64,000 bases of DNA from Chrysomallon squamiferum (taxonomy: Eukaryota > Animalia > Mollusca), in contig CM022674.1 of assembly GCA_012295275.1 (NCBI GenBank), positions 16,864,001 through 16,928,000 on the forward strand, written 5' to 3'. Below the pieces are notes generated by a model. It searched no databases and was not told the DNA's origin. It worked only from the letters and a program-made list of their open reading frames with translations. Position numbers and translations under genes: made by a program. Positions 31,928-45,894 of the stretch are shown piece by piece; within the stretch, counting starts at the first letter, position 1; each line of letters opens with the position of its first letter.

Positions 31928-32653
31928 GTGAGTGTTGGTGTACAAACACACATTAGTATGTACACACCTGTGATATGTTGATGTGTGTGTTAAACAACAG
32001 CAGTGTGTTTACAGGTGATAGAGCTGGTGAATCGTGGAAGCAGGCCGCGGCTGAACAGTGTAACAAACATGATGCCGCAGTACAAAGATCTCATGCAGAG
32101 TTGCTGGTCACAGCACTCAAAGGACAGGCCAACCATTAAAAAGGTGAGTGATCTCCCCTTAACAGCTCTCAAAAAAAAAAAAAAAAAAAAAAAAAAAAAC
32201 ATCTAATATTAATTACAATTTAAATATGAATAAAAATAATTCCTCCATCAAAAAAACCTTAAACAAACAAAAACAAAACAGAACAAAACAAAGCTATATA
32301 TATCTATGCACCTCTGTGTATCTCTCTCTCTCTAATTAATTAAATGCATAAATCAATTAAAAAAAAAAAAAAACAAAAATAAAACAAAACAAAAAAAAAT
32401 TAATTAGAATTAAAAAAATAATATATTAATAAATAAAAGTTGTTACTGTACAAATGATGGGCGATATCACACTGCAATCATTTGCCAGTAACTAACAGTT
32501 ATAATATACTTAAATATCTACGTAAATGTCATACACAAAATAACCTGCCACTGTTTCTTCCCTTTTTATTTACAGGTTGTTCAGACCTTGAAGAATGTAC
32601 AAAATCAGTCTGGATCATTTCAGAAAATAATTGACAGAAAAATTGAAACGTGA
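21588..32653 (+). CDS. Single-pass receptor protein kinase (TKL/tyrosine-kinase-like) with MRH (M6PR/ATG27-like) ectodomain; 14 exons, about 602 aa; two 1-nt frameshifts as assembled
   Basis: Exons 21588-21763, 22800-22923, 23557-23687, 24927-25035, 25405-25465, 26941-27078, 27461-27652, 27977-28123, 28399-28552, 29119-29229, 30051-30120, 31080-31266, 32015-32143, 32576-32653, all GT-AG. Signal peptide MSSLIISFVVFMLINSPESA. TM MFIMFGAILSFLFMALIIGFLCYL. Kinase motifs LGGGSFG, VALK, KEV, HKNIV, HRDLRCGN, KVADFG, IRWTAPE, DVYSFGLVMWE, CW..RP. The frame needs +1 C at about 27494-27497 and +1 G at about 31215; both bases are present in the second copy. Confidence 0.88.
29415..29610 (+). mobile_element. 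Degenerate SINE in kinase intron 10 (also about 56520-56700)
   Basis: tRNA-like start (gtgtagactagaggtaaagc) and gtgcatataaaagatccct, which I recall from gastropod SINE cores; recall only, not verified. Confidence 0.4.
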
Positions 32654-33220
32654 AGACAAACAAATAATTAACTTTAATGGTTAGGCCAAGCTGAAGTTCT
32701 TGTTCGACATTTTAACAACATGTGGAACTGATTGTAAACACTTTGGACGAAATTGCTGATTAAGAAACTACAGGTTTAAAATTGTTAGTTTAACTTACAT
32801 GGTTGTATTTTGTTTTCTTACTGTTTTGAAATGATTTTTATAAAAGTTGTGAATCAGAACATTTGTTTTTCTTCTTCTTTTATTACAGAAACAATAATAC
32901 CCTTTTTTTTAATTATTTTATTCTACATTAATTTGCTAAGTGCATTTAACTATTTCTTGAGAAAAGTAGTCTAAAAGCTTTTATTAAATTTATTTTTGGT
33001 GATACGAAAAAATAGTCTGCATATTTCCAAATTCTATTTTATTTATTTTATATTTTTTGCTGTCCAATCTTAATTAATAATTAAGTATAACAACATAACA
33101 CAGGGTGTTATAATTGGTTTGAAATACATATTCATTTCTAACATTATTTCATATTATTTTATTGTCATACTTTGTTAGATGCAGTGATAGATGAACCAAA
33201 ACAATAAATTAATAACATAT

Positions 33221-33420
33221 NNNNNNNNNNNNNNNNNNNNNNNNNNNNNNNNNNNNNNNNNNNNNNNNNNNNNNNNNNNNNNNNNNNNNNNNNNNNNNNN
33301 NNNNNNNNNNNNNNNNNNNNNNNNNNNNNNNNNNNNNNNNNNNNNNNNNNNNNNNNNNNNNNNNNNNNNNNNNNNNNNNNNNNNNNNNNNNNNNNNNNNN
33401 NNNNNNNNNNNNNNNNNNNN
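33221..33420. other. Assembly gap (200 N)
   Basis: Run of N. Confidence 1.
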
Positions 33421-35344
33421 TCTTAAAGTTTATGGCCATCTTTTCTACATATACAGAAAGCTAAAACCACAACCTTTTATAAACACTGATTAGTATTAAT
33501 GCAGTCATCCAGCTTGAAACAGAACTGAAACCCACCTCACGTTTTGGTTCATTTATTAAAATATTATTTCTACAACTAATTGTTTGAACATAGTTAATTA
33601 ATAAATTATATATTCTATTTATAAGTGACATTTTGCCAATTTTTGTTTTGTTTTTGTTTTAAAAGCAAACCCTGGGATTCACTGATAGTATGAAAAATAA
33701 GGTCAGAGGGTTGAATGTCCAGATGTTATAATAAATAAAAAAGATTATTATAAAAAGTAAACACTGGGGTATAGTAGAATCTAAGATGTTTCAGGGTCTC
33801 TGTTTATATTGTTGGTGTTTAGCCATGGATCACATTTAAACAATAAACTGTAGACAGTTCAAAACATTATTATTTTGCTTTTGAAAACAACCAAAACTAA
33901 AGGTATCAAATGTGTGTTTTATTTTGTTTTGTTTCTCTCGAAAATCACTTTATGTACCTTGATTGAATTCAGTCAGTACACTTTTCCAGTTACACGCATT
34001 TTGTTGTTAATGCTAATTTTAAAGAAATGAATTGGTTAAATGAAAAAAAAAAAAAATAAAGATAAGGACAAAAAGTCTTTAGTAATTATTTTTTGCATAA
34101 TCTATCTAGAATGGGAAAAAGCATTTTCTAGTTAACGTTTATATATTTTCCAATTAGTATTTTGTTGGGTATAGAAATGTACACAACCTTTTAATGTTTT
34201 CAGAAAATGTTAACTTCAGAAAATAGTTAAATTGTGGTATAACAGAAAACAATTCGCTAAATATTATTTATTGTTGATTAATAATCAAGAATCTACATTA
34301 TGTTAATATAAATGCATATAAGAAATTATTTCATTTATTTATTTAAAATTATTGATTGGCTTTAATAATAATAATAATAATAAATGCATTACTCTTGTGT
34401 GTGTGTGTTTGTGTGTTTGTGTGTGTGTATATATATATATATGAATAATGTGACCAATACACTTTGACCAAACCATCTCTGTAAATTATGACACACTTCT
34501 TCAGCATATTTTACCTGACTTTTACATTGTAATATAATTATTTGAGCATTATGTTAAGATGTAATCCTTTGTGAATCCTAGTGACTCATTCACCCCATAA
34601 TGTAGTCCTTTGTGTATCCTACTGACCCATACACTCTTTCAATTTAGTTCTTACCATATCCTAGAGGACTACTATACCTCTGTAATTTACCCTCTACAAC
34701 CTTGTAATATAAACCTCAGTCTACAATAAAGTCAAAGTTAACTCATCTACTTGTGAGTATAAATTGAAACGCCCAGATGAAATATGAAATAAAAAAGGAA
34801 ATCTGTTTTTATTGTATTTTTCGTTGCACCAGACCAAACACATCCTTCCGCACCAGAAAGAAAAAAAAAATATTTTGACTGCAGATTACAGCCCTGCAGG
34901 TAAAACAGTTCACTGACGCCATACCTACTCTTGTTATCATAAACAAATAATATTATTCATTATCTTTAGTAAAACATATATTAAATATGCATTTTATGAC
35001 AAATACTGAGAGTATAGAATAGTATAGTATAGTATGCGATAGTATAGTATAGTACAGTATAGTATAATACTGTATAGTATTGTATATCATAGTATTTATC
35101 TATTAACAATAAGTCTCAACATAAAGGGTCCTCCTATGCTATAGTGAACCCTGGGCAAGTTTTCAGTATTCCTGTGTGTTAAAGATGTCCCTAGTCTAAA
35201 CAAAAAAGTTCAAAAAAAATACTAAAAAGAAAATAAATGTCAAACAGCGTTTTTAAAAAAAAAAAAAAAAAAAAAAAATGAAATACTCCGAGAATCACAA
35301 ATCAGCTTTCTTTTTGTTAGCAGTATCTGTTGAAGATGAATTTC

Positions 35345-36066
35345 AAGAAGCTGAACTTGATGGTGTGTTGGAAATGAAACTGTGAAATGAAGGTTTCCTG
35401 TTCGGAGTACTTGCTGTAGAAGCAGATCTGTAAAAATGTTGGTGTTGTGCTGAAAGTTTTTGCTGTAGAAGCTTAACTCTGAAATACTGGTGAAGTATTG
35501 GAAGTGTTTGCTGTAGAAGCAGATCTACGAAATCTTAGTGTTGTGTTGAAGTGTTTGCTGTAGAAGCTGAAACCGAAATACTGGTGAAGTGTTGGAAGTG
35601 TTTCCTATAGAAGCTGAACTCTGAAATACTGGTGAAGTGTTTGAAGTGTTTACTGAAGAAGCAGAACTGTGTAATCTTAGTTGTGTTGGGAGTGTTTGCT
35701 GAAGAAGCTGAACTTTGAAACACTGGTGAAGTGTTGGAAGTGTTTACTGAAGAAGCAGAACTGTGAATCTTAGTGTTGGTTGGAAGTGTTTTTTGGAAGA
35801 AATCCTAGTTTGGACTAGAAGCTGAAGAAATACTGGTGAATTGTATGGAAGTGTTTACTGTGCAGAACTGTGTAATCTTAGTTTTTTGCGTTGAAATGTG
35901 GGAAGTGTTGAAGTTTGCTGCAGAAGCTGAACTCTGAAATACTGGTGAAGTGTTGGAAGTGTTTACTGAAGAAGCAGAACTGTAATCTTAGTGTTGCGTT
36001 GTTTTTTTGAAATGGAAGTGTGTTTACTGAACAGAACCAAAATGTTAGTGTTTGCTGTAGAAGCTG
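35345..36066. repeat. Minisatellite with about 43-48 bp monomers alternating as an approx. 90 bp dimer
   Basis: Alternating gtgtttgctgtagaagctgaactctgaaatactggtgaagtgttggaa and gtgtttactgaagaagcagaactgtgaatcttagtgtt units. Confidence 0.85.
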
Positions 36067-36689
36067 ATAATAATATGTATACCTGCAAGAGTTCAGATTA
36101 TTCTCACCATGATTTTTTCTTCTGATATCATCAATCAACATAATAAGACATTTAAATGTCCTGACTCACTTATATCTTTAGATGATCAGGTCACCTGAGC
36201 TGTTGGAAGTGTCTAGTTTCGTTTATTGTCCACACTGATTCTCTGTTATTGCTACGCATCCTTCCGGAAACTGTGCGTTAGGTTCGAAATCATGTCAAAC
36301 TGGTCCCAACTTCCGGCCATGGCATTTGCGCCTTGCACGGGAACACGAAACAACTGTAAATCATTCGTTAGATTTATTTATTTATTTATTTAGAGATGAT
36401 ACCATATAGTAAATGAGTGTACAGTTGAAAAATACACGCGGCGCGTTAATAATGTCAGAGATACATGCAGTATATCAGCCTAGTTTAAAATACTGTAACA
36501 GATTTCTGTAATAATGACAATGACTTTATTCTCATAAACTGTAGGATTTCAGCACAGAGAAGAATGTATTAGAGCTACATAATAACAAAATTAAAATGCA
36601 CATGCGTGAAAGTTTAACGTTTAACGCGGAGGACAAACTCTGTCATATATAGTTGTTATTAATAAACATAGCTTTTTCAATACAAATAT

Positions 36690-37990
36690 AGTTTACTGTT
36701 AAACAAATTATTATATGAAAATACATTTAGATGTTTCATATATCATATATTTAACTGGTATATCTGTTCTCGCATTTAATAATATAGGATCATTACATTC
36801 AAATATATAATGATATTCATCACCAATTTAGTTAAGATTACAGATATGATATTTTCTGTTTTCTCTTAGAATACTGCACCATGGTCCAGTTTCAATAGGA
36901 AGTTTAGATTTCGCGGTTCTAAATTTACATAAGACATTAGCCTTGTTTTGAGTCAGCAAAGAAAGATAGTTTTGTAATTTCAATTTTTAAAGTTTTTATA
37001 ATTGATACGCTTTGGAGACGTTTCAGTTTGATTTTTCCATATCTGTAGACACTGATAATGTAATATTGTGGACACCGTTTCACGTAACAATTTAATATTA
37101 TTTAAGTTGCGATATGTCCATGTATATGTTAAACCACAATCATCTAAAATATTTTTACAAATTTGTCCAAGGAGAATGGATAGCATGCATTAAATAACAT
37201 AGCTCTGACGAAGTTTTGTTTTGGGTTTTGTAAATTAGGTTCCCCCGAAAGGTTATCATTCTTACTGTTATAGAAATAAAAAGGTGACACCGTCCTAGTT
37301 CACCATAGATCATAAAACCTAGGGTACATTTATTAACATTAAGTAAATACTTACAAAGTTTCATATGGAATCTTTCTATTAGTTGTATATTTGTAAAACC
37401 CCATACTTCACAACAATACCATAAAATTGGCTCTATTAGTTTGTCAAATAAATCAAGTATACATTCCACGGAGAGATTATTCTGACGACGTTTAGCTATT
37501 AGGCTATATATGGCTTTCACTGCTTTCTTATAGAGTTGTTTTACATTGTAAGTGAACTGGCCGTTTCTTGTAAAATGTATATAGTTATATTTATAGTTAT
37601 CTGCTGTATCAATCAATCTCTCCATCAAATTTAAATATATAATCACTAGTTTTTTCTCCTTTTAGTGAAAATCATTATTTTACTTCTATTTATATTAACT
37701 TTAAGTCTCCATAGTCGGCGGTAATTAGTAAAAATGTTAAGATTATGTTGCAGAGCATTCGGTGATTCTGCTAACAGTATTGTATCGTCAGCATACTGTA
37801 GAATAAAATGCTTTAAATAAATATTAAATTTTTCAGATATAAGAAATTCCTCTAAGTCATTTAGAAAAAAAGAACATAAAAATTGGCGATAGATTTGCTT
37901 CTTGCCTAACACCGATTTTAGAATTAAAACTATCAGAAACCGTTGGCTGTAATTTTATCCTTAATATCTTTATACATATTATCAGAAAGA
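36690..37990 (-). mobile_element. Degenerate non-LTR retrotransposon (LINE) reverse transcriptase
   Basis: Frameshifted ORFs: FLNDLEEFL, LQYADDTILLAES..ALQHNL..WRLKVNINRSKIMIF, LDLFDKLIEPILWYCCEVWGF, IYGELGR. C-terminal C..C/DEYHYIFEC region near 36790-36900. Confidence 0.85.
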
Positions 37991-38203
37991 TAATTACAAA
38001 CTGTTTACTTTTTTTTTTTTTTTTTTTTTCAATAGATTTGTAAAATGTCTTTGATTTGTTTGTTTTAAAAAGGTCTATTGTAAATCAGTCAATAATCATG
38101 ATTTTGGGGAATAAAACATCTTTTTAACTTTTGAATCGTTTCCTTTTTTTTTTTTTTATTATTGACTAATTGAGATTTGGTGAAACTAATTGTAAAATAA
38201 AAA

Positions 38204-38424
38204 ACAGTTATTCAGAATAGAGATAGTATCGGTTTGAAACATAGATATGAACGACAAACCTTTCAACAGAATTCAGTGTAAAAAATACAACAACAATATA
38301 TAAATATATATATAAATGGTATATTTATATATTGTTCTTGTATTTTTTACACTGAATTCTGAGGAAAAGTTTGTCATTCATATATGTATTTCAAATTGAT
38401 ACTATCTCTATTCTGAATAACTGT
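38204..38424. mobile_element. MITE-like foldback element (about 220 bp near-perfect inverted repeat)
   Basis: acagttattcagaatagagatagtat...atactatctctattctgaataactgt; arms of about 100 bp pair up to an AT-rich centre. Confidence 0.8.
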
Positions 38425-38611
38425 GTCACACGGTTAATTTATTTGAAGAATTCAGTTTGGTAGATACAGTGACTTGGAAACATTAGTAGAAAAAATTAAT
38501 ATTTTATTTGGCTTTGTGAACTAACGAGTAAAACCGTGTTATATAAGCAGACTAATTTAGTTCTGAATGCATATATCTGAATTTCAACATATCGTTTATG
38601 AAATGGAGATA

Positions 38612-39415
38612 ATGAAAAAGATCAACGGGATGATATTCTGTGTTTTAGCATATTTGACAATCGTCGGTTCTTTTTCCAATTCCGAGCTTGGCACTCGTAA
38701 AACTTTTCGAAATTTACCACAGTACAACGATAAGAAACCTACAGAAGACTCTTCAAAAGAATTGAAAGTGTACAGTAAAGTCTACTGTGTCACAGAATTT
38801 TCCGGCTACATCGGTTGAAGAGGTTTCATCTACAACAACGGCAACGGCATGTGTTCTCTGTACAGTGAACCATTGACTTCTCTTTCGTTTGTTAGTGCGA
38901 CAGAGACAAAATCATATGGTAAGTTGTGGTTTGTTTGTTTACTTATATACACATTAAATGTAGTATACAAATACATTTAGAAAAATACGAATTGTTTTGC
39001 TCATTTGTATGTGTGTTTGTTAACAAGTGTATCTGTTTATATATGCATTTATTTGCATACTTTTACTCCTGAATTATGCATTCATACTGTTTGCATACGA
39101 ATTTATAAACTCACATTATCATCACTGTTCTTATTTTTATTACAGAAAGTGTTCCATCTGACTGTGTAGAGATAATTATGAATGGAGGTAAAACACGCGG
39201 AGTTTATACAATTGTACCACGTGACAACGGCTGTCCTATCAGGGCGTACTGCGAAATATCTGACAATGATAGCGGTTGGCTTGTAAGTTTAGCAATGCTT
39301 TTATTATTATTATTTTATTATCGTTTTCAATTGATATATTATTATCACATTCTCTGTGTTTTTTCTCTTTGTTTTCCTTTTGGTTTCGTTTTATTCATGA
39401 ACGTTTTATGCTCTC

Positions 39416-39512
<97 letters not shown>

Positions 39513-39676
39513 CTCTGTACACATGTAATTAATTAACTTCCTTTATCTATTATTGCAATCGTTTAATTACACTCAATAAGCAGTTATGGAACGGACGGAG
39601 GGATGAGAAAACCTCTACAGAACGTGGCAAGAATACACAGACTGATTTCGTTCATTAACTAATGAATTCTGGTTAG
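38612..39676 (+). pseudogene. PAN-FReD paralog D (exons 1, 2 and partial 3)
   Basis: Exon 1 38612-38918 has TGA at 38816-38818 replacing a PAN Cys. Exon 2 39146-39282 is intact. Exon 3 remnant about 39590-39676 lacks an acceptor and has an in-frame TGA. Confidence 0.85.
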
Positions 39677-39809
39677 GTAGGAAATTAATAATAAATAATT
39701 AAAATAAATATATTATTAAGTTAGTGAATTAACTGAGTCATTAAAATCTGTGTAAACAATTATAGTGATTTTGTTCTGAATAGAAAATAGCACTGAAATC
39801 ATTGATAAA

Positions 39810-40680
39810 ATGCAGATAGTGAGAAAGATGCACGGGATACTATTCTGCTTTTTAGCATTTCTGATAATTGTTGTTTTTATTGCCAATTCTGTGCTTAGTA
39901 CTCGTAAGACTTTTCGAACGTGTCCAGTAAACTCCACTGCGTCACAGAATGTTCCGTCGGCTGTAAAAGGTACGTCGGCTGAAAAGGTTTCGTATATAAC
40001 AACGGCAACGACATGTGTTCTCTGTATAATGAAAACTTCACATCTCTTTGGTAGAATCACATTTTCTGTCTTTAGGTTTGTTGATTTATATACGTATTCC
40101 TTTATTTATTTACTATTACTATGTATATTTATTGCAGGCAGGCTTTGTTTTTATATAGATTTACATTGGCGATGACGATACTACTACTACTATAATGTTC
40201 CTTCTGACAGAGCAGAGATAATTAATGTTATTATTATAGAAAGTGTTCCCCCTATCTGTGTAGAGATAAATAATGTTATTATTATTACAGAAAGTGTTCC
40301 ATCTGACACTGTATAGATAATTAATGCTATCATTGTTTTAGAAAGAATTCAGTCTGACTGTCTACAAATAATTAGTGTTATCATTAGAGGAAGTGCTCCC
40401 TCTCACTGTGTATACATAATTATTGTTATTTTTGTTACAGAAAATGTTCCCTCTGACTGTGAAGAGATAATTTATGTTGTTGTTATTCCAGAAAGTGTTT
40501 CCTCTGACTGTGAAGGGATAATTTATGTTGTTATTATTACAGAAAGTGTTCCCTCTGACTGTAGTGATGATTATGAATGGAGGTAAAACAAGCGGAGTGT
40601 ATACTATTGTACCACGTGACAACAGCAGACCAATCAGGGCGAAATACTGCGAAATATCTGACAGTGATAGCGGTTGGCTT
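39810..40680 (+). pseudogene. PAN-FReD paralog E (deleted exon 1, acceptor-repeat array, exon 2)
   Basis: MQIVRKMHGILFCFLAFLIIVVFIANSVLSTRKTFR is followed by an internal deletion and frameshift. Exon 2 about 40543-40680 (MNGGKTSGVYTIVPRDNSRPIRAKYCEISDSDSGWL). No downstream exons. Confidence 0.8.
40190..40570 (+). repeat. Expanded array (about 8 units) of the same acceptor/exon 2 repeat
   Basis: Repeated agaaagtgttccctctgactgtgtagagataa units at about 50 bp spacing. Confidence 0.85.
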
Positions 40681-40842
40681 GTAAATTTGAGCAATGCTTT
40701 TGTTAATTTTCTATCGTTTAATTTCATATATTATTAGCTTTTTTTTATCTCTTTTGTGAATTTTCATTCTTTTCGTTTCGCTTTATTGATACACGTTTTA
40801 TTGTTTCCCTAATTATTTTTTTCTTGTTAATGTTCTGTTTAT

Positions 40843-40951
<109 letters not shown>

Positions 40952-41145
40952 AGAACATTGTGTTTCTTATATATTATTAGTGATCAAATAAAAAGGATCT
41001 GTTGTATCTATTGCAAACATACATGCATTCATATCATAGCATATCGCATCACATCGGGTCATCATATCAGACCCATATGATATATCGCATAACACATACT
41101 ATAATATTATTTTAAAAAATTGCATTTGGTGTTTATTATAATACC

Positions 41146-41267
<122 letters not shown>

Positions 41268-41682
41268 CTTGTTTCTTTTTGTTTTGCTTCAGGGATTGGT
41301 TTTGGGCGAAATGTTTGTTTAGTTTTCGTGGTCTTCTTTGTTTCGTTGTTCTGTTTATTTGTATTCTTACTGCAGTTCTTTCAAGTCTCATAACAAAAGC
41401 TGGTCTGGTGTCGCCCTTCAGGCTGCAGACTGTGAGCACAATGTACGCAGAACATTAATGCAGTGGATAAATGAAAATCACTTTAAAAACAACTCTTAAA
41501 GGGGAAAGCTAATATCTTGTAACACAGGTGTGTGGACACGTGCTTATCCTGCTTTCAGTATTAGTAGTGAATGATTCAAAAATTGTGGATGACGTGTATG
41601 GAGCAATACGGGAGTTAAAAAGGGAAGTTGTTGATCAGATCACACAAACAAAAAATAAAAAAATAATAAAAAAGACAATATC

Positions 41683-41722
<40 letters not shown>

Positions 41723-41811
41723 TTAGTGTCTACTTACGTTTTTGATTTGATTTGATTTGATTTGATTTTAGTATTTGATTTTTGATTTGATTTTATTATT
41801 TGATTTTTAGG

Positions 41812-41867
<56 letters not shown>

Positions 41868-42804
41868 TTATTATTTATTTATTTATTTATTTATGTAGAA
41901 TAGCAATGCGCAGTCAGATGAAAACAAAGCACAGTATTCATGGTCACAATGCTACTTAGGATACAGAGAATATCATAGATATTTTCTAGGAAGAAATTGT
42001 ATAATTATTAAAATTAGTATTAAGAGATTTTGTTCAAACGAAAGCTCATCTACATGATTTAAACAACTAGTTATTAAAACTGTGTAAACACTGAGTGAAG
42101 CCCAACAACATATTAGTTCCAAAAGCGAGAAATCTAAGTGCAGCGTGGATACAACCCATTCTTAAACTGACATCCTGCAGTCTTCATTAACTGCGCAAAT
42201 GCAATTTTCTGTCTGTTTATAGATACCACAACAGATGTGTTAACCTTCTGTTGTTCTACGATGTGACAGTTCATGATGAAGGTTTTTTTATTTATTTTTT
42301 TTTTTTTTTTGTGTAATAATTATCTTATTTTATTTTACTATCATTATTATTTCTTTCTGACATATATATATATGTCTGTGTATGTATGTATTTATAAAAA
42401 TACATACATATGTATATGTGTTGCTGTGTATGTGTGTGTCTGTATGTACGCGTACATACGTAGGTATTAATATGTAAATTCATACTTACAAATATCACCG
42501 TTACAAATATCCTTAGGGATTAAATAAAAACAAATTGTTAACAATACATTATTACAATCAATGAAATAAAACTTATCTAACTGTATACAAATAAATAATT
42601 TATCTTTCTTCACCTGTTTTGTTATTTTTCAAATTGACTAATATTACACTGATCAATCTATATATGACCATCCACTGAACTGAGTCACGTGGGATCAACT
42701 TTCCCAGTAATGTTTTGTCTTCAAAGAGATGATATTATTTAAAATATTGATGTGTTTTTATATAAACTAGATATTGTGCTTACAATCAGCCTGATATAAA
42801 TATA

Positions 42805-42842
<38 letters not shown>

Positions 42843-42996
42843 ATTCAGTAGTAGTGGTAGTAGTAGTAATAGTAGTAGTAGTATTGTTTGGTTAGTTGTT
42901 TGTTTCCTCTTGCTTTAATGAAAGTTTTTTTTTTACTATTATTTATATTTTTTATTATCATGTTTATGCGTCTATTTTAGAAAGCATTATATATGC

Positions 42997-43027
<31 letters not shown>

Positions 43028-43036
43028 CAGACAGAC

Positions 43037-43076
<40 letters not shown>

Positions 43077-44412
43077 ATTAATAAAACAGAGACAAAATCA
43101 AATAAAAAATCAACGAATAAACCAATGAACAAACAAACAGACAAACAAACAAACAAATAAAATCATTAATAAATGAAGCAAGAACATATTTTCCTTTTAT
43201 TACAGACAGAATAGCAAACAACTTAAAAATCAGAATCAACACTGGTAGAAGTTTCACGAATTTTTCCTTCACAAAATACACGTTTATATTAGCAGCTAGG
43301 AACCTATTACAAACTCTTTAATACAGTACAGCTCATACCAACAGAAACAAACACGAATTTGAAGGTGAAAAAAAGACTGGCTAAAGCCGGGATCGATACT
43401 TATAATCTACCTGTATCAGGCAAACGTTTCAAATATCAGTAACAGTTATCTTCTTCTTTTTTTTTTATTGTCATAACTTATCTTTATCCAGAACACTAAT
43501 TAAAATAAAATAATTCAGGAACATTTGTTTACGTAAATTTATATTTTAACAGCTTTTTCCAAAGAAAACAAATATAAAATTAAATTTCAAAAGTCTTATA
43601 AATTTACATTTAGCAGTTGTTCCAAAATAAGCAGTTTATGGATTTATATCAAATAAAAACTAAAACACATTAATAATTCAAACATTCTATTTCATATTTT
43701 TCTTTAAAATGGTTTTCTTTTTTCCTTAATTTAACATACTATCTTTCAGAGGTGTATTTCTTTTTTTTCTTTTTTTATTTGAATGGCATTATTTACAATA
43801 TTTTGAATAATAAAAAATTCCTGACACTTGGAATTGTGTTTCATATTTTTTTCTTTTTTTTCTCTAGTTAATAATTTGTTTTCATTAGGCTAGTACTATT
43901 GCTTCATTTGAACTAACAAAACATTTTTCCGTCGAACACGCAGACCGCCGAATTTTCATCACAGTTTCAGTGCAAAACAGAATATGGCCACAATTTCCTC
44001 ATACCAATCGTTGGCACATTCTAGTCTCTGACAATTTACAACGTGCCAATTCACCACAGTTATGATTCTGAATATTCGGATCAAACTGACAGAATAATCA
44101 CTAAAAACTTGATTACTGTTTACATGAACAAACACAATATACTGTTTTATCTAAACATAGATATAAACTGTTTACAGAAAAAGTTAACATACAGTTATAT
44201 TAATCGATTACTTTTATTGTTATTGTTCTGGTTCTTTAGAATTCTATACATTTATTTTGGAAATGAATTAGAATTGCATGCACTTGGTTATTTATATATT
44301 CATTCGTTCATTCATTCATTTACTTTACTTTTTGATACTTTGTTTATTTTTAAAAATTCTTCTTATTATTAGCATGATTACTGTTGTTGTTATTGTATTT
44401 ATTTCAAATTAC

Positions 44413-44739
44413 CTGCATTTCCGCTGTATTTTTCCACTGATAACCGGTAAAAATCAGCTTCTCCAGTTATTGAGACATTTTTGTAGATAACAAACTCGTG
44501 TTTCCTTCGAAATCTTCCAAGTCATTTCTCAGATCGTAGTAACCCTGACTGGTCAACCGATGTATGTTCTCATTGTCTGGCAAGATAAATCATCGATGAT
44601 CGATAAATCCACTGTTCAACGAATGGACATTATATTTGAATAATAAATGAATCTTTTATTTGTGAACTTACTCAGTTAATTCTCTAACTCTTTAATATAC
44701 TTATTTTAATTATTTTTTACAATTACCTACCTAACCAGA

Positions 44740-44800
<61 letters not shown>

Positions 44801-45540
44801 AAACGTTCATGAATAAAACCTAGCGAAAAGGAAAACAAATAGACAAAACACAGAGAAAATATAAAAATATATCAACTGAAAACGATAAAAAATAATAATA
44901 ATAATAAAAGTATTGCTAAAACTTACAAGCCAACCGCTATCATTGTCAGATATTTCGCAGTCCGCCCTCATTGGGCTGTCGTTGTCACGTGGTACAATTG
45001 CATAAACTCCGCTTGTTTTACCTCCATTCATAATTATCTCTACACAGTCAGATGGAACACTTTCTGAAATAAGGATGATGTGAGTTTATAAATTCAGTAT
45101 GAATGCATAATTCAGGAGTAAAAACATGCAAATAAATCCATATATAAACAGATAGACTTACTAACAAACGCACCTACATATGAGCAAAACAATTCGTATT
45201 TTTGTAAATGTATTTGTATATAAGTAAACAAACAAACCACAACTTACCATAAGATTCTGTTTCTGTCTCACTAACAAACGAAAGAGAAGTCAATGGTTCA
45301 CTGTACAGATAACAGATGCCGTTGCCGCTGTTGTAGATGAAACCTCTTTAGCCGACGTAGTCGGAACATTCTGTGACGCAGTAGTCTTTACTGGACACTT
45401 TCAATTCATTTGAAATGTCTTCTGCAGGTTTCTTATCGTTGTAATGTGGTAACTTTCGAAAAGTCTTACGAGTGCTAAGCTCGGAATTGGAAAAAGAAAC
45501 AACGATTATCAAATATGCTATAACACAGCATATTATCCCA
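44413..45540 (-). pseudogene. Inverted PAN-FReD paralog F
   Basis: On the minus strand: exon 1 about 45540-45248 (ATG deleted, TAA at 45350-45348), exon 2 45063-44927, only the last about 14 nt of exon 3 near 44730-44743, exon 4 44576-44413. Exon 5 is missing; 3' flank homology continues to about 42080. Confidence 0.85.
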
Positions 45541-45894
45541 TTTCATAAACGATATGTTGAAATTCAGATATATGTATTCAGAACTAAATTAGTCTACTTA
45601 TATAACACGGTTTTACTCGTCATTTCACAGAGCCAAATAAAATATGAATTTGTTCTACTAATGTTTCCAAGACACTGTGTCTACCAAACTGAACTCTTCA
45701 AATACATTAACTGTGTGACACAATTTTCAGTCCAGAGCAGAAATATTTCATTCTGTAAAATAAAACCTTTTTTAAAATAATTCCTATTGATCTGTGTACT
45801 TGTTTTTGATTTAGTTCTCTATTTGTTTCAGTTATTTTGTTGTTTTTGTTGTTCTTACTGTTCATATATTTTATTAATATATATTTGTGGGTAG

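Noticed and set aside
36190-36330. Minus-strand first exon (ATG near 36320, donor near 36193)
   Set aside because: All three frames hit stops before the donor.
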